Of a DNA stretch of 64,000 nt, positions 17,076 through 27,484 are shown piece by piece. This stretch comes from Longimicrobiales bacterium. Lineage in GTDB: Bacteria; Gemmatimonadota; Gemmatimonadetes; Longimicrobiales; Gaopeijiaceae. Positions within the stretch are counted from its first letter, which is position 1, and every line of letters starts with the position of its first letter. The stretch spans positions 2,187,288 to 2,251,287 of the forward strand of contig OZ241371.1 in NCBI GenBank assembly GCA_965200255.1, in the 5' to 3' direction. A program made the position numbers and the translations under genes. Under the pieces are notes generated by a model. The model saw only the letters and a program-made list of their open reading frames with translations. It was not told where the DNA came from and made no database searches.

Positions 17076-17917
17076 GAATCTCTGCGGCGCGGGTAGCCGC
17101 CCGGGTACTGGAAGCGCTCGAAAAGGGGGAACGCATTGTTACCGCCGTGGTCGTCGATGCGGCGGACCAATCGATGATCGGGCGGCGTTGGTGGCTTTGC
17201 GGCAGGCGCAGCCGGGGCACGCTCGGAAGCCTAGCATTGGACGCGGTGGTGGCCGCGGCGGCGCCGTCGCTCTTCCCCTCAAGAGAATCCCGAGGGGCGC
17301 TCAGTCGCAAGTTCAGGTATGGCGACGGAGACAAGACCGCCCTGGTCTACCTGGAGCTGCACGGTCCGCCCGCCAGGATGGTGATTGTCGGTGCGGGACA
17401 CATCGCGATCCCGCTGGCGCGGATGGGCGCCATGCTCGGAATGCGGGTGGAAGTGCTTGACGACCGTGCGCAATTTGCTGCGGCGGAACGGTTTCCAGAC
17501 GCCGACGCGGTGCGCGTGATTGATTTCCGCGATCCGTTTGCGGCGACCGCCCTCGGCCCGCCCGACCATGTGATTCTGGTGACGCGCGGGCACAGCTTCG
17601 ACTACGAATGCCTGGTGCGGCTGCTGCGTATGGAGGAGCCGCCCGGCTACATTGGGATGATCGGCAGCAGGCGGCGGGTCCGCGCGACACACGAGCAGCT
17701 CGTGCGCGAAGGCTTCACGATCACGCAGATGAAGCGGGTTCGGGCGCCGGTCGGGCTGGATCTTGGCGGGCAGACCCCGGCCGAGATCGCGGTTGCGGTG
17801 GTCGCGGAAATCATCCTGTTTCATGCGGGCGGAACGGGAGCGCCCCTGGTGGACAAAGAGCGCGTCGTGGAACGATTCTTTGGCGGTGCGGCCGATGCCG
17901 GCGTCGCACGCACCTGA
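17072..17917 (+). CDS. XdhC/CoxI family Moco-insertion accessory protein
   Basis: MVIVGAGHIAIPLARMGAMLGMRVEVLDDR Rossmann segment, YIGMIGSRRRV, APVGLDLGGQTPAEIAVAV. Confidence 0.85.
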   Translation: MRISAARVAARVLEALEKGERIVTAVVVDAADQSMIGRRWWLCGRRSRGTLGSLALDAVVAAAAPSLFPSRESRGALSRKFRYGDGDKTALVYLELHGPPARMVIVGAGHIAIPLARMGAMLGMRVEVLDDRAQFAAAERFPDADAVRVIDFRDPFAATALGPPDHVILVTRGHSFDYECLVRLLRMEEPPGYIGMIGSRRRVRATHEQLVREGFTITQMKRVRAPVGLDLGGQTPAEIAVAVVAEIILFHAGGTGAPLVDKERVVERFFGGAADAGVART

Positions 17918-17935
17918 CCGAGTCGAGGGGGAGAC

Positions 17936-18265
17936 ATGGACGAGAAGGAAGTGATTGCCCAGCTGGCCAGCTTGGCGGAGCCGGTGGTCCTGGCCACGAT
18001 TGTGTCCGCGAAGGGCTCGACCCCGCGCAAGACGGGTGCACGGATGCTGATCGGCCGTGAAGGGGTGATCGCCGGAACCGTCGGCGGCGGTTGTGGCGAA
18101 GGCGAGGTCATCGCGGCCGCTCAGGATCTCTTCGAGGGCGGGCCCCCCACGACGGTGCGGGTCGATCTTACGGACGACTTCACCTCGTGGAGCCCTGCAG
18201 TCTGCGGCGGGATCATGAACGTGTTCATTGAACAGGCGAACCCGGAGCGGTTCGGGGACCGGTAA
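17936..18265 (+). CDS. XdhC N-terminal-domain-only protein
   Basis: 109 aa: VLATIVSAKGSTPRKTGARMLI...GTVGGGCGE. RBS GGGGGAGA lies upstream. Confidence 0.75.
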   Translation: MDEKEVIAQLASLAEPVVLATIVSAKGSTPRKTGARMLIGREGVIAGTVGGGCGEGEVIAAAQDLFEGGPPTTVRVDLTDDFTSWSPAVCGGIMNVFIEQANPERFGDR

Positions 18266-18341
18266 CGTGCAGTCGGGGCGTCCGTGCGCCGACGCCGCGG
18301 CACTACCGGCGCCTCGGGCGTTGCCGCCGCCCGGGTCGTGG

Positions 18342-18863
18342 GTGGACATACGCTACCACAGGATCGAGCGACCCACCGAGACCTATCGGCAACTGGTCCT
18401 GGAAAGCGGCAATGCAGGAATTGTCACCTTCCAGTCACGAACGCCCATCGGTGCGCCGCTCCAGATTGGCGGCACCCCGATTCTCGAACCCGGTTCTCCG
18501 GTCGTGTGGTTCACCTTCCCCGGAGCATGGCACGATATCGGCCTGTTTCACCTTGCCGACGGGACGCCTACGGGGCTGTACGCCAACGCGTTGACCCCGG
18601 TTGAGTTCGCAGGACCCGCTACGTGGGAGACGACCGACCTATGTCTCGACGTCTGGATCCCGGCCGACGGCCCGGCGCGACTCCTTGACGAGGCCGATCT
18701 GGAGCAGGCCGAAAAGACGGGACTGATCCAGCACCAACTTGCCCGGCGGGCGCGGGAAGAATCCGTCGCCTTGTTGCGAGGTCACCGTGCCGGTACCTGG
18801 CCACCGGCCCTGGTGCAGGAATGGTCGTTGGCGCGGGCGTTGGCTCAAATGCCCGAACGGTGA
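18342..18863 (+). CDS. DUF402 family protein (FomD-like nucleoside phosphatase fold)
   Basis: Distal part of ORF 18228..18863: WFTFPGAWHDIGLFH...TTDLCLDVWI...LLDEADLEQA. A GTG start at 18342 is proposed; the upstream part overlaps the xdhC-N gene. Confidence 0.6.
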   Translation: MDIRYHRIERPTETYRQLVLESGNAGIVTFQSRTPIGAPLQIGGTPILEPGSPVVWFTFPGAWHDIGLFHLADGTPTGLYANALTPVEFAGPATWETTDLCLDVWIPADGPARLLDEADLEQAEKTGLIQHQLARRAREESVALLRGHRAGTWPPALVQEWSLARALAQMPER

Positions 18864-18876
18864 CGGGGCTGGCGGC

Positions 18877-19338
18877 CTATCCGGCGCGACTCCGCAGCCG
18901 CCCCACCTCGGGCACGGTCGCCGCAAACACCACCGTCATGAGGATCGCCGACGCGACGCAGTAGCGGCACCACGCCTGGATGACCATCGCCTCCAGGTAG
19001 GTCAGGTATGCGCTGAACAGCACGCCGGCCAGGGCTCCGCCAAAGAGGAGAAACGAAATCGCCCGCGAGTGGACGAACCGGCCCTGCAACCCTGCAAGCG
19101 ACAACGCCAACAGTGCCAGATACCCGGCAAACCCGATCGCGGACACGGGCACGGGCCCAACCCACGCATACTTTGACGACTGTACCAAGCTGCACGCGCC
19201 GCTGCCGCACGGCACCGGCGGCACCCACCCCAGGTTGCTGGCCATCAGAAAAAAGGCCAGAAACACGCCCACCAGAGACAGGACGGCCACCGCCATGCGG
19301 TTGACCGGCGGGCGGTTGACCGGCAGACCGGGCGCCAT
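18877..19338 (-). CDS. vitamin K epoxide reductase (VKOR) family membrane protein
   Basis: Multi-TM protein with CGSGAC and CRYC cysteine pairs. Start taken at the internal Met (MAPGLPV), so that it does not overlap dsbA. Confidence 0.8.
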   Translation of the reverse strand: MAPGLPVNRPPVNRMAVAVLSLVGVFLAFFLMASNLGWVPPVPCGSGACSLVQSSKYAWVGPVPVSAIGFAGYLALLALSLAGLQGRFVHSRAISFLLFGGALAGVLFSAYLTYLEAMVIQAWCRYCVASAILMTVVFAATVPEVGRLRSRAG

Positions 19339-19340
19339 GG

Positions 19341-19380
19341 TCAGTTGCCGGTGATCGCCGTCAATTGCCGGTGATCGCCT
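19341..19380. repeat. 20-bp tandem duplication of the dsbA 3' end
   Basis: tcagttgccggtgatcgccg / tcaattgccggtgatcgcct, 18/20 identical. The second unit contains the dsbA stop; the first unit forms the entire dsbA-vkor spacer. Confidence 0.85.
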
Positions 19381-20035
19381 CGACCGCCTGCTGGATGTCG
19401 ATGAACTGATACCCGCCGAGTCTTTGAGCGCGCCCACCGTCGTGATGCACGAAGATGGAGGGCGTACCGGTTACCCCCATCCGGATCCCCGCCAACTGAT
19501 TCGCCGTAACGACATCGGCCTTCATGTCGCTGTCGAGGCAGCTCCTGAAGGCTTGGGTGTCCAGTTCCAACCCTTCGGCCAAGTCGTTGAAGTGACCCAC
19601 CGGGCTGCTCGGCACGGACCATTCGCGCAAAGTACGGTAAACCTCGTCGTGGTAGTCCCAATAGCGGTCCTGGTCGCCGGCGCACCGAGCCGCGCGCGCC
19701 GCAAGGAAGGAATGGGGCAAACCGGCCGTCGGGAAGTCATGGTAGACGAACTTGGCTTGGCCCGTCTGGATATAGGCCAGGTCGACTTGCGGCTTGACCT
19801 GCGTTGCGAAGATCTGGCAGGCCGGGCATTGGTAGTTGCCGAATTCCATGATCGTGATCGGCGCGTTCGGGTCGCCATACACCACGCCTTGGGCCAGCGC
19901 GACAAGGTCCTCGTTGTCCAGCTCGCCAAGGTCAACCGGCTCGCTCGCGGCCGACCCGCTGCCCCGCATGGACATCCCTACGACCGCCAACCCGACAACG
20001 GCCACGACTCCGATGATGATGTAGAAGTTCTTCAT
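19361..20035 (-). CDS. DsbA-family thiol:disulfide oxidoreductase
   Basis: N-terminal TM/signal sequence and the thioredoxin active site FGNYQCPACQIF. Confidence 0.85.
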   Translation of the reverse strand: MKNFYIIIGVVAVVGLAVVGMSMRGSGSAASEPVDLGELDNEDLVALAQGVVYGDPNAPITIMEFGNYQCPACQIFATQVKPQVDLAYIQTGQAKFVYHDFPTAGLPHSFLAARAARCAGDQDRYWDYHDEVYRTLREWSVPSSPVGHFNDLAEGLELDTQAFRSCLDSDMKADVVTANQLAGIRMGVTGTPSIFVHHDGGRAQRLGGYQFIDIQQAVEAITGN

Positions 20036-20085
20036 GCCAGTCTGCTCCAGCTAGAGTTTGCGTCTGCCCCGCCGATGGGTCTGAC

Positions 20086-20799
20086 TCAAAGATAGCACGA
20101 CGAAAGCAGATTGATGACGGCGCGGGTGTCCCCAAACCCTGGCACCACATGGTCGGCGCCGGTCTCCCGCAGCTCGGCCTCGGAGAATCCGCCCGTCGCA
20201 ACCGCCACGGTCGCTGCCCCGTTCGCCTTCCCGCAGGCCACGTCCCGAGGCGTGTCGCCGATGACGACCGCGTCCTGGGTCCTGAACGGCCGCCCCCAGT
20301 GTTCCACGGCCCGCTCGCAAGCAATGCGGGGCAGCTCGTCGCGCATTTCGTGATCCGACCCGAAGCCGCCCACCGCAAAGTGCCGCCACAGACCTGCCGA
20401 ACGAAGCTTGAGCCGGGCGCCGCCCTTGACGTTGCCGGTCACCAGGCCGAGGTAAACGTCGCGGCGGGCCGCCAGGGCATGGATCAGGTCTCGAACGCCG
20501 GGCAGCACCGTAACGGGGTCGTGAGGAAGCTTCGCCTCCAGCCCCGCAAGGTAGCGCTCCCAGAAGGCCGGTTGCCGGGCGTTGATCTCTTGAGGATCGC
20601 GGCCCGCCGCCGTCAAGAGCTCGCGGAGGATGCGCGGGTCGGTCTTGCCCGCGAAGTCGTGGCGAGCGATCGGTCCCGTGGCGCCGAAGGTGGCCTGCAT
20701 GGCGTGGGCGAACGCCGTACGCCCCGGGCCGCCGGTCGTGAGGGTGCCGTCGATGTCGAAGAGCAGGAGCACGGCCTGGTGGGTTACGGGTATGCGCAC
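20086..20799 (-). CDS. HAD-superfamily hydrolase (phosphoglycolate phosphatase-like)
   Basis: LLFDIDGTL motif I, GLVTGN, VVIGDTPRDVACGKANG motif. GTG start. Confidence 0.8.
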   Translation of the reverse strand: MRIPVTHQAVLLLFDIDGTLTTGGPGRTAFAHAMQATFGATGPIARHDFAGKTDPRILRELLTAAGRDPQEINARQPAFWERYLAGLEAKLPHDPVTVLPGVRDLIHALAARRDVYLGLVTGNVKGGARLKLRSAGLWRHFAVGGFGSDHEMRDELPRIACERAVEHWGRPFRTQDAVVIGDTPRDVACGKANGAATVAVATGGFSEAELRETGADHVVPGFGDTRAVINLLSSCYL

Positions 20800-20842
20800 C
20801 GAAAGCGGCGAGACGCCGGGCTGGCCGCCGGGGCCCAGGATC

Positions 20843-21844
20843 TTAGCACGGGGGATCGGTGCTCAGGATCTCGCCGAGCAGGGAGGTGTCGAGGTTGCCG
20901 CCCGAGAGAACTGCGCAGACTTTGCGCCCCCGCGTCGCGACGCGACCCGCGAGCAGCGCCGCCACCGTGGCCGCGCCCGAGTACTCGACCACCAGCTTGC
21001 GGCGCGCAATGAGGTGGGCCGCCGCGCGCCGGATGTCGTCGTCTTCGACGAGCACCACGTCGTCCAGGAACGCGACCGCGTGGGCGTAGGTGAGGTCGCC
21101 GGCGCGCGTCGGCGCGAGGCCGTCGGCGATCGTGTCGATCTTGCCGAGCAGGGTCGGTTGCCCTGCGTCGAGGGCGCGCCGCATGGTCGGGGCCCCCCTT
21201 GGCTCCACGCCGATCGCCGAAGCGGCGGGCTTCAAGCGCCGGAGCGCAGCCGCACAACCGGCCATCTGCCCTCCTCCCCCAATCGGCACCAACAGCGTGT
21301 CCACATCCGGCCATTCCTCGAAGACTTCCAGCGCCACCGTCCCCTGGCCCGCGATAATCCACTCGTGATCGAACGGAGGGACCATGACCAACCCTTCCGC
21401 GGCGGCGATTTCCTCCGCCCGCACCCTGCGATGCTCGGAGGTGGTTCCGGCGAACTCCACCCGCGCTCCCAAACGCCGAGCCCCGTCGCTCTTGACCTTG
21501 GGCGCGGTTGTGGGCATGACGACCACGGCCCGCACGCCCTTCAGCCCGGCGGCAAACGCCACCGCCTGCGCGTGGTTGCCCGAAGAGTAGGTGATCACGC
21601 CTCGCGCCAGCGCTTCGCGGGGAAGCTGGGCCAGGAAGTTGCAGGCCCCCCGCGCCTTGAACGCGCCCGCCTTCTGCAGGGACTCGCACTTGAGTCGCAC
21701 TTCGCCGCCCACGGCTTCGGACAAATCCGCGTCGGGCACCAAAGGCGTACGGACGACCGTCCCCCGGATGCGTTCTGCGGCCGCCTCGATTTCGGACAGC
21801 CCGACCAGCGGCGGGACGGTGGTGGAGCCGTTAGTCGTCGTCAT
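20843..21844 (-). CDS. PLP-dependent threonine/serine dehydratase (threonine ammonia-lyase-like)
   Basis: [16 protein letters not shown] (PLP lysine motif), [11 protein letters not shown]. The ATG at 21844 lies inside the last codons of gyrA (14-nt overlap). Confidence 0.85.
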   Translation of the reverse strand: MTTTNGSTTVPPLVGLSEIEAAAERIRGTVVRTPLVPDADLSEAVGGEVRLKCESLQKAGAFKARGACNFLAQLPREALARGVITYSSGNHAQAVAFAAGLKGVRAVVVMPTTAPKVKSDGARRLGARVEFAGTTSEHRRVRAEEIAAAEGLVMVPPFDHEWIIAGQGTVALEVFEEWPDVDTLLVPIGGGGQMAGCAAALRRLKPAASAIGVEPRGAPTMRRALDAGQPTLLGKIDTIADGLAPTRAGDLTYAHAVAFLDDVVLVEDDDIRRAAAHLIARRKLVVEYSGAATVAALLAGRVATRGRKVCAVLSGGNLDTSLLGEILSTDPPC

Positions 21845-24281
21845 CGCGCACCACCCGAGCGACATCGACCACGGCATCGCCCCGGTCGAGGTTGACCATG
21901 CGCACGCCCTGCGTCGCGCGGCCAATGACCCGCATGTCCGAAACGGGCTGCCGGTTCACGACGCCGTTACGGGTAATCACCATGAGCTGGTCTTCGTCGG
22001 TGACCCCCCTCACGGCAACCACCGGCCCGGTCTTCTTCGACAGCTTGAGATTGATCACGCCCAGGCCGCCTCGTTGCTGGAGCCGGTAGTCGCCGATGTC
22101 GCTGCGTTTCCCCATGCCCGTTTCGGTCGCGGCGAGCAGGGTTTCGTCGGCGCGGCGCCGCACCACCATGCCTACAACCTCGTCTCCCCTGCCAAGCTTG
22201 ATTCCGATCACGCCTTCCGTGTTGCGCCCCATGGGTCGCACGTCGGATTCCTGGAAGCGGATGGCCTTGCCGAGCCGGGTGGCCAGGACGATTTCGTTGC
22301 CGCCGTCGGTGATGCGGACATCGATGAGCTCGTCCCCTTCGCGAAACTTGATCGCGTAGATGCCCATGGCTCGCACGTTGCCGTATGCGGAGAGGGGCGT
22401 CTTCTTGACGACACCGTTCTTGGTGCAGAACAGCACGAAGCGGTCGCCGGTGAACTCTCGCACGGGAAGCACGGACGCGACCCTTTCGTCGGGGGCCAGA
22501 TCGAGGAAGTTCACGATGGGCTTGCCCTTGGAATAGCGTCCGCCCTGGGGAATCCCCCACACCTTGACCCAGTGGCAGCGACCCTGGTCGGTAAACACCA
22601 TGAGGTAGTCGTGCGTCGCGGCGACGAACAGGTGCTCGACCCAGTCCTCCTGTTTGGTCTCCATGCCCTGGAGCCCGCGGCCGCCGCGTCTCTGGGCACG
22701 ATAGGTGTCGATGGGGATGCGCTTGACGTAGCCCTGACGGGACATGGTCAACACCATGTCTTCGTCGGCGATGAGGTCCTCGACGTCGAACGACGACACG
22801 GCGCCCACAATCTCGCTGCGGCGCTCGTCGCCATAGCGGGCGGCGACTTCGCGGAGCTCGTCCTTGACGATGCCCATGCGCACGGAGCGGTCGGACAGAA
22901 TGCGCACCAGCTCGGCAATGCGCGCCCTGACCTGGGCGAGCTCGGTGTCGAGCTTCTCCATCTCGAGACCCGTCAAGCGGGCCAGCCGCATGTCGAGAAT
23001 GGCGCGGGCCTGCCGCTCCGATAGGTCGAATTCGTTGCGCAGCGCGACGGCTGCGGCGGCGGCATCGCGAGAGGCGCGGATGATCCTCACCACGTCGTCA
23101 ATGTTGTCTACCGCGATCCGGAGGCCCTCGAGCACATGTTCGCGAGCCCTGGCGGCGGCAAGGTCGAATTCGCTGCGCCTGACGACCACCGTGTGGCGAT
23201 GATCCACGAAGTGCGCGAGCATGTCCCGCAGCGGCATGGTCCGAGGCACGCCGTCTACCAGGGCAAGCAGAATCACGCCGAACGTGGACTGCATTTGGGT
23301 GTGCTTGTAGAGCCGGTTCAGGACGACCTGGGGCACGGCGTCGCGCTTGAGCTCGATGACGATGCGCAGGCCGTCGCGGTCGGACTCGTCGCGCAGGTCG
23401 CGAATCGAGGTGATCTTCTTGTCGCGCACCAGGGCGGCGATCTGCTCGATGAGACGGGCCTTGTTCACCATGAACGGGATTTCGCTGACGACGATCGTGG
23501 CCGATCCCTTCCTGTCCTCTTCAATGTCGGCCCTGGCCCGAATCACCACGCGACCGCGCCCGGTGCGGTACGCTTCCTTGATCCCGTCGGTACCGCAGAT
23601 GTAGCCGCCCGTGGGGAAGTCCGGTCCGGTGATGCGTCGCTCGAGTTCCCGCTGAGAAATACCGGGGTCGTCGATCATTGCCACCAACCCCGAGACCACC
23701 TCGCGCAGGTTGTGGGGCGGGATGTTGGTCGCCATTCCCACGGCAATGCCGGACGAACCGTTGACCAGCAGATTCGGCGCCTTGCAGGGGAGCACCGACG
23801 GCTCCTTGAGGCGTCCGTCGAAGTTTTCGTCGAAGCGAACCGTGTCCTTGTCGATGTCGGCGAGCAGCTCCATGGAGAAACGCTGCAGGCGGGCCTCGGT
23901 GTAGCGGTAGGCCGCCGCCGAATCACCGTCGATGGACCCGAAGTTCCCCTGCCCGTCCACCAGCGGATACCGGAGCGAAAAGTCCTGCACCATGCGGACC
24001 AGCGCGTCGTAGACCGCCCCGTCGCCGTGCGGATGATACTTGCCGAGCACCTCGCCCACGACCGTCGCGCACTTCTTGTACGCGCGTCCCGGCGACAACC
24101 CCAGCTGCGACATCGCGTACAGAATGCGACGGTGTACGGGCTTGAGTCCATCGCGCACGTCGGGTAGCGCGCGCTGCACGTTCACGCTCATCGAATAGTC
24201 GATGAACGACTCGCGCATCTCCTGTTCCAGGATCCGTTCCAGGACCCGTTCGCCGGTGCTTCTGGAATCGTTTTCGAGCAT
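21831..24281 (-). CDS. gyrA: DNA gyrase subunit A
   Basis: 816 aa: [44 protein letters not shown], and C-terminal beta-pinwheel repeats. Confidence 0.97.
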   Translation of the reverse strand: MLENDSRSTGERVLERILEQEMRESFIDYSMSVNVQRALPDVRDGLKPVHRRILYAMSQLGLSPGRAYKKCATVVGEVLGKYHPHGDGAVYDALVRMVQDFSLRYPLVDGQGNFGSIDGDSAAAYRYTEARLQRFSMELLADIDKDTVRFDENFDGRLKEPSVLPCKAPNLLVNGSSGIAVGMATNIPPHNLREVVSGLVAMIDDPGISQRELERRITGPDFPTGGYICGTDGIKEAYRTGRGRVVIRARADIEEDRKGSATIVVSEIPFMVNKARLIEQIAALVRDKKITSIRDLRDESDRDGLRIVIELKRDAVPQVVLNRLYKHTQMQSTFGVILLALVDGVPRTMPLRDMLAHFVDHRHTVVVRRSEFDLAAARAREHVLEGLRIAVDNIDDVVRIIRASRDAAAAAVALRNEFDLSERQARAILDMRLARLTGLEMEKLDTELAQVRARIAELVRILSDRSVRMGIVKDELREVAARYGDERRSEIVGAVSSFDVEDLIADEDMVLTMSRQGYVKRIPIDTYRAQRRGGRGLQGMETKQEDWVEHLFVAATHDYLMVFTDQGRCHWVKVWGIPQGGRYSKGKPIVNFLDLAPDERVASVLPVREFTGDRFVLFCTKNGVVKKTPLSAYGNVRAMGIYAIKFREGDELIDVRITDGGNEIVLATRLGKAIRFQESDVRPMGRNTEGVIGIKLGRGDEVVGMVVRRRADETLLAATETGMGKRSDIGDYRLQQRGGLGVINLKLSKKTGPVVAVRGVTDEDQLMVITRNGVVNRQPVSDMRVIGRATQGVRMVNLDRGDAVVDVARVVRDDDD

Positions 24282-24397
24282 ACTGGGGGCAGGCGGAGGG
24301 GATCAAACGGACAAGCTGCGAGGTGGCCGGGTGAAGGCCTGAAATGCTGCCGCAAGGCGCGTTCCCGCAGGTCGCGCGCGTTTGCGGATAACTATTT

Positions 24398-24426
24398 ATT
24401 ATAACGGTTTAGCTAGCTTCGTTCAA
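24398..24426 (-). promoter_or_regulatory. near-consensus sigma70-type promoter upstream of gyrA
   Basis: On the minus strand: TTGAAC (24426-24421), a 17-nt spacer, then TATAAT (24403-24398). It sits in the only AT-rich patch of the intergenic region, ~115 nt upstream of the gyrA ATG. Confidence 0.5.
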
Positions 24427-24446
24427 GGTGGCTGCCACCCAACCGA

Positions 24447-26339
24447 CTACCCCGGATTCACCAGTACCGTAATGTGGGTCGGATGCTCCGCCGAACGGTA
24501 CACTCGCTGGGTCGCTTTCTGGAAATCCGCCTCGACCGCCTCGAAGATATTCGGCACCCATGTTTGCGGGTTCCGGCCGATGATCGGGAACCACGTGCTC
24601 TGGACCTGCACCATGATTCGGTGGCCGGCCAGGAAGCGGTGGTCGCGGTCTCGCAGGCTGATCCGGTAGGGCGTCACTTCGTGCGGAACCACCGGCTCGG
24701 GTTCGCGATAGCTGTTGCGGAAGCGCGCCCGGAAGACTTCGCCGGCCACCATGTACTGGTAGCCTCGCAGCGCGGGATTGGGGTGATCTTCGGGGTACAC
24801 GTCGATCAGCTTCACGATCCAGTCCGCGCCGCCTCCGCTGGTCGACGCGTACAGGTTGGCCACGATGTCGCCGGTAATCGCGAACCCTTCGTCAAGGGGC
24901 TCGGACTCCCACGTCAGCACGTCCGGGCGTCCGTCCACGAAGCGCTGATCCTCGGCCTGCCACAGGTGCCAACGATCGTAGTGGATGGGCCGATACTGGA
25001 ACGGCACCGGTTTGTCCGGATCCGAGACGTACTCGTCGTAGGCGTCGCCGTCCGATGCGGGGGGCGGATCGAACGAGACGACGCCGTCGGCGCGCAGATA
25101 GACGTTGCGCGACGTCATGCCTCCGGCCGGCCAGCTGTCGTACCGTTTCCACTCGTTCGAGCCGGTCTGGAAGGTGATCGCCTCGGCGTCGGGCAGCGAT
25201 CCCTTGTCCTTCAGCCAGTAGGCGAACCAGGGAGCGTGTATCTGCTCGCGAAAATAGCGGGCGGTGGGGCTGCCCAGGTCCATGTCGAGCACCTTGGCGC
25301 CCACCTCGTCGAAGCTCCAGCCCCCATGTCGCCACGGACCGAGCACCAGGAAGTTCTCGTTGTTCTCGTCGTCGGCCTCGAGCTGCTTGTAGACCTCGAT
25401 GGGACCGTAGAAGTCCTCGGCGTCGTACCAGCCGGTGACGTGAAGCGCGGGAACGGTGACGCCCTGCAAGTACGGAAACACGCCGCACATTTCCGTCTCC
25501 CAGTACTCGTCCATGTTGGGGTGCGCCACGAAATCGTTCCACATGCGCGACTTGCCGTGCAGAATCTCGGCGTTGACCCGCGAGAGCGGGCCCATTTCCA
25601 GGTATCGCGCGTATTTGTCCCATGCGCCCTCGGGGGGCCAATCCTCGGGAGGCATCTCGAACCGCACCGCCGCCTCGTACGCGTAGCTCAACCTGAAGGC
25701 GCCGTTGTGGTGGAAGTCGTCGCCGATGAACATGTCGGCGCAGGTGGCCTGGGGCGACACCGCGGCCAGCGCGGGGTGGGGATCGACCATGGCGCGCGTG
25801 GCCAGGAAGCCGCCGTACGAGATGCCCCACGTGCCCACGCGCCCGTTGTTGCCGGGCACGTTGTTCACCCGCCAGTCGATCGTGTCGTAGAAATCGGTGG
25901 ACTCGTCGGTGCCGTCCACGTCGCCGGGACGCCGATTCGGTCCCAGCGCGACGAATTCGCCCTCGGACTCGTAGCGCCCGCGCAGATCCTGCAGGACGAA
26001 GATGTATCCTTCGTTAAAGAACTCGGTATACCAGTCCAGGCGGATCGAGTACTCTTGTTCCTGCGGATTGGCGTAGTAGGGCGTGCGCTCCAGCATGATG
26101 GGCAGCGGGCCCTGCTGATTGCGCGGTACGTAGATCTCGGTATGCAGGCGCACCCCGTCGCGCATGGGAACCATGACGTCCCATTTGGGCTCGAAGACCA
26201 TCGCGAGGTCAACGTCCGCGCGGTCCTCGTAGGGATAGCGCGTCATGATTTCCTGGGCGCCCGCCGCAGACGAGGCCGCGAGGAGCACCGTCGTGGCGAG
26301 GGCCGCGGCAAAAACGAACCTGCTGGATCGAAAGAACAT
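24447..26339 (-). CDS. CocE/NonD family hydrolase (S15 X-Pro dipeptidyl-peptidase-like), secreted
   Basis: Signal peptide MFFRSSRFVFAAALATTVLLAASSAAGA, WGISYGGF nucleophile elbow, and a C-terminal jelly-roll region. Confidence 0.85.
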   Translation of the reverse strand: MFFRSSRFVFAAALATTVLLAASSAAGAQEIMTRYPYEDRADVDLAMVFEPKWDVMVPMRDGVRLHTEIYVPRNQQGPLPIMLERTPYYANPQEQEYSIRLDWYTEFFNEGYIFVLQDLRGRYESEGEFVALGPNRRPGDVDGTDESTDFYDTIDWRVNNVPGNNGRVGTWGISYGGFLATRAMVDPHPALAAVSPQATCADMFIGDDFHHNGAFRLSYAYEAAVRFEMPPEDWPPEGAWDKYARYLEMGPLSRVNAEILHGKSRMWNDFVAHPNMDEYWETEMCGVFPYLQGVTVPALHVTGWYDAEDFYGPIEVYKQLEADDENNENFLVLGPWRHGGWSFDEVGAKVLDMDLGSPTARYFREQIHAPWFAYWLKDKGSLPDAEAITFQTGSNEWKRYDSWPAGGMTSRNVYLRADGVVSFDPPPASDGDAYDEYVSDPDKPVPFQYRPIHYDRWHLWQAEDQRFVDGRPDVLTWESEPLDEGFAITGDIVANLYASTSGGGADWIVKLIDVYPEDHPNPALRGYQYMVAGEVFRARFRNSYREPEPVVPHEVTPYRISLRDRDHRFLAGHRIMVQVQSTWFPIIGRNPQTWVPNIFEAVEADFQKATQRVYRSAEHPTHITVLVNPG

Positions 26340-26458
26340 GATGGCTCAAGCGGTTTGAAGCGGATTCCGGCGACAGCGTGACCCCGGACGCCGTGTGACC
26401 TTACGGGGCTCGGCATCACCGAGCAACCTGCTTCTGCCATGAGGGACCCGCTGGTCCC

Positions 26459-27484
26459 TCACGCCATCGCCACGAAATCGAATCCCTCGGCGAGGCCCGC
26501 CCCCCGCGCCGCGACGCGCACGCTCGCGCGTCCCGCCGATCGCGCTACCGCACCCACGTGGAGCGCGCTTGACCGCACGGGAGCGGCTGCGGCGCAAAGG
26601 ACCGGCGCGCCGTGGATTGCCTGACCGATTTTGCGCGGGTCGACTTCGACGAAGGCCTCGACCGCGACGCCCTGCCGCATGAACTCAAGCGCGAGCGCTT
26701 TCCCGGTGGGACCCGCCCCCCACACCACCACCCCCGAGCGCCCGCGCAGCAAGCTGCGACGCAGGTGGTGCACGCGGCAGGCGCGGAACGCCCGCAGAGA
26801 GTAGGCAGGGTGGGTGCGGCTCAGGCGGTCGTCGCCGTTTCCCCAGTCAAGCAGTACTTGCGGTGCGGCCACGAAGCGGTGGCCGCGACGCCAAAGTCGC
26901 AGCAGCAGGTCGTAGTCCTCCGGCCAGGTGCGGTCGCGGTAGCCGCCGACGGCATCGAGCACCGCGCGCCGAAACATGAAGGTGGGGTGCGCCAGGGGGC
27001 ATTCCACGAAGATGTTGGCCGCGACCGTGTCCCAGTCGGTCATGGCGTTGAGCCACGCGAGATACTCGGCGGACCGTGGCGTGACGCTCGACGCCGGGAC
27101 GTAACGCACGCCGGTGCCGCAGCCGCCGAGCTCGGGCGAACGTTCGAGAAGATCAAGCTGCGTGGCCAGTCGAGACGGGTGACACACGTCGTCCGCGTCC
27201 ATGCGGGCCACAAACGGGCCCCGCGCTTCGGCCAACCCGCGTTGCAGGGCCGCCACGATCCCCAAGGGCTGCGTGCGCACCAGGCGGAAGCGGCAATCCT
27301 GCCGCGTGCGCTCCCGTACCACCTGCGCGGTATCGTCGCGCGAGCCATCGTCCACCACCACGACTTCGAATGGTGCGAGCGTCTGCGCGGCGAGAGATTC
27401 CAGGGCGCTGCCCAGCGTCGCGGCGCCGTCTCGGACCGGCAGCACCACGGACACCAGCGCCGTGCGGCGGTCACCGCCCGTCAA
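26459..27484 (-). CDS. family 2 glycosyltransferase with C-terminal Rossmann-like extension
   Basis: VSVVLPVRDGAATLGSALESLAAQT..FEVVVVDDGSRDDT (GT2 motif), DADD. The C-terminus carries VVVWGAGPTGKALA. The start is uncertain (TTG at 27484 or GTG at 27454) because the long ORF overlaps the uvrA 3' end. Confidence 0.75.
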   Translation of the reverse strand: MTGGDRRTALVSVVLPVRDGAATLGSALESLAAQTLAPFEVVVVDDGSRDDTAQVVRERTRQDCRFRLVRTQPLGIVAALQRGLAEARGPFVARMDADDVCHPSRLATQLDLLERSPELGGCGTGVRYVPASSVTPRSAEYLAWLNAMTDWDTVAANIFVECPLAHPTFMFRRAVLDAVGGYRDRTWPEDYDLLLRLWRRGHRFVAAPQVLLDWGNGDDRLSRTHPAYSLRAFRACRVHHLRRSLLRGRSGVVVWGAGPTGKALALEFMRQGVAVEAFVEVDPRKIGQAIHGAPVLCAAAAPVRSSALHVGAVARSAGRASVRVAARGAGLAEGFDFVAMA

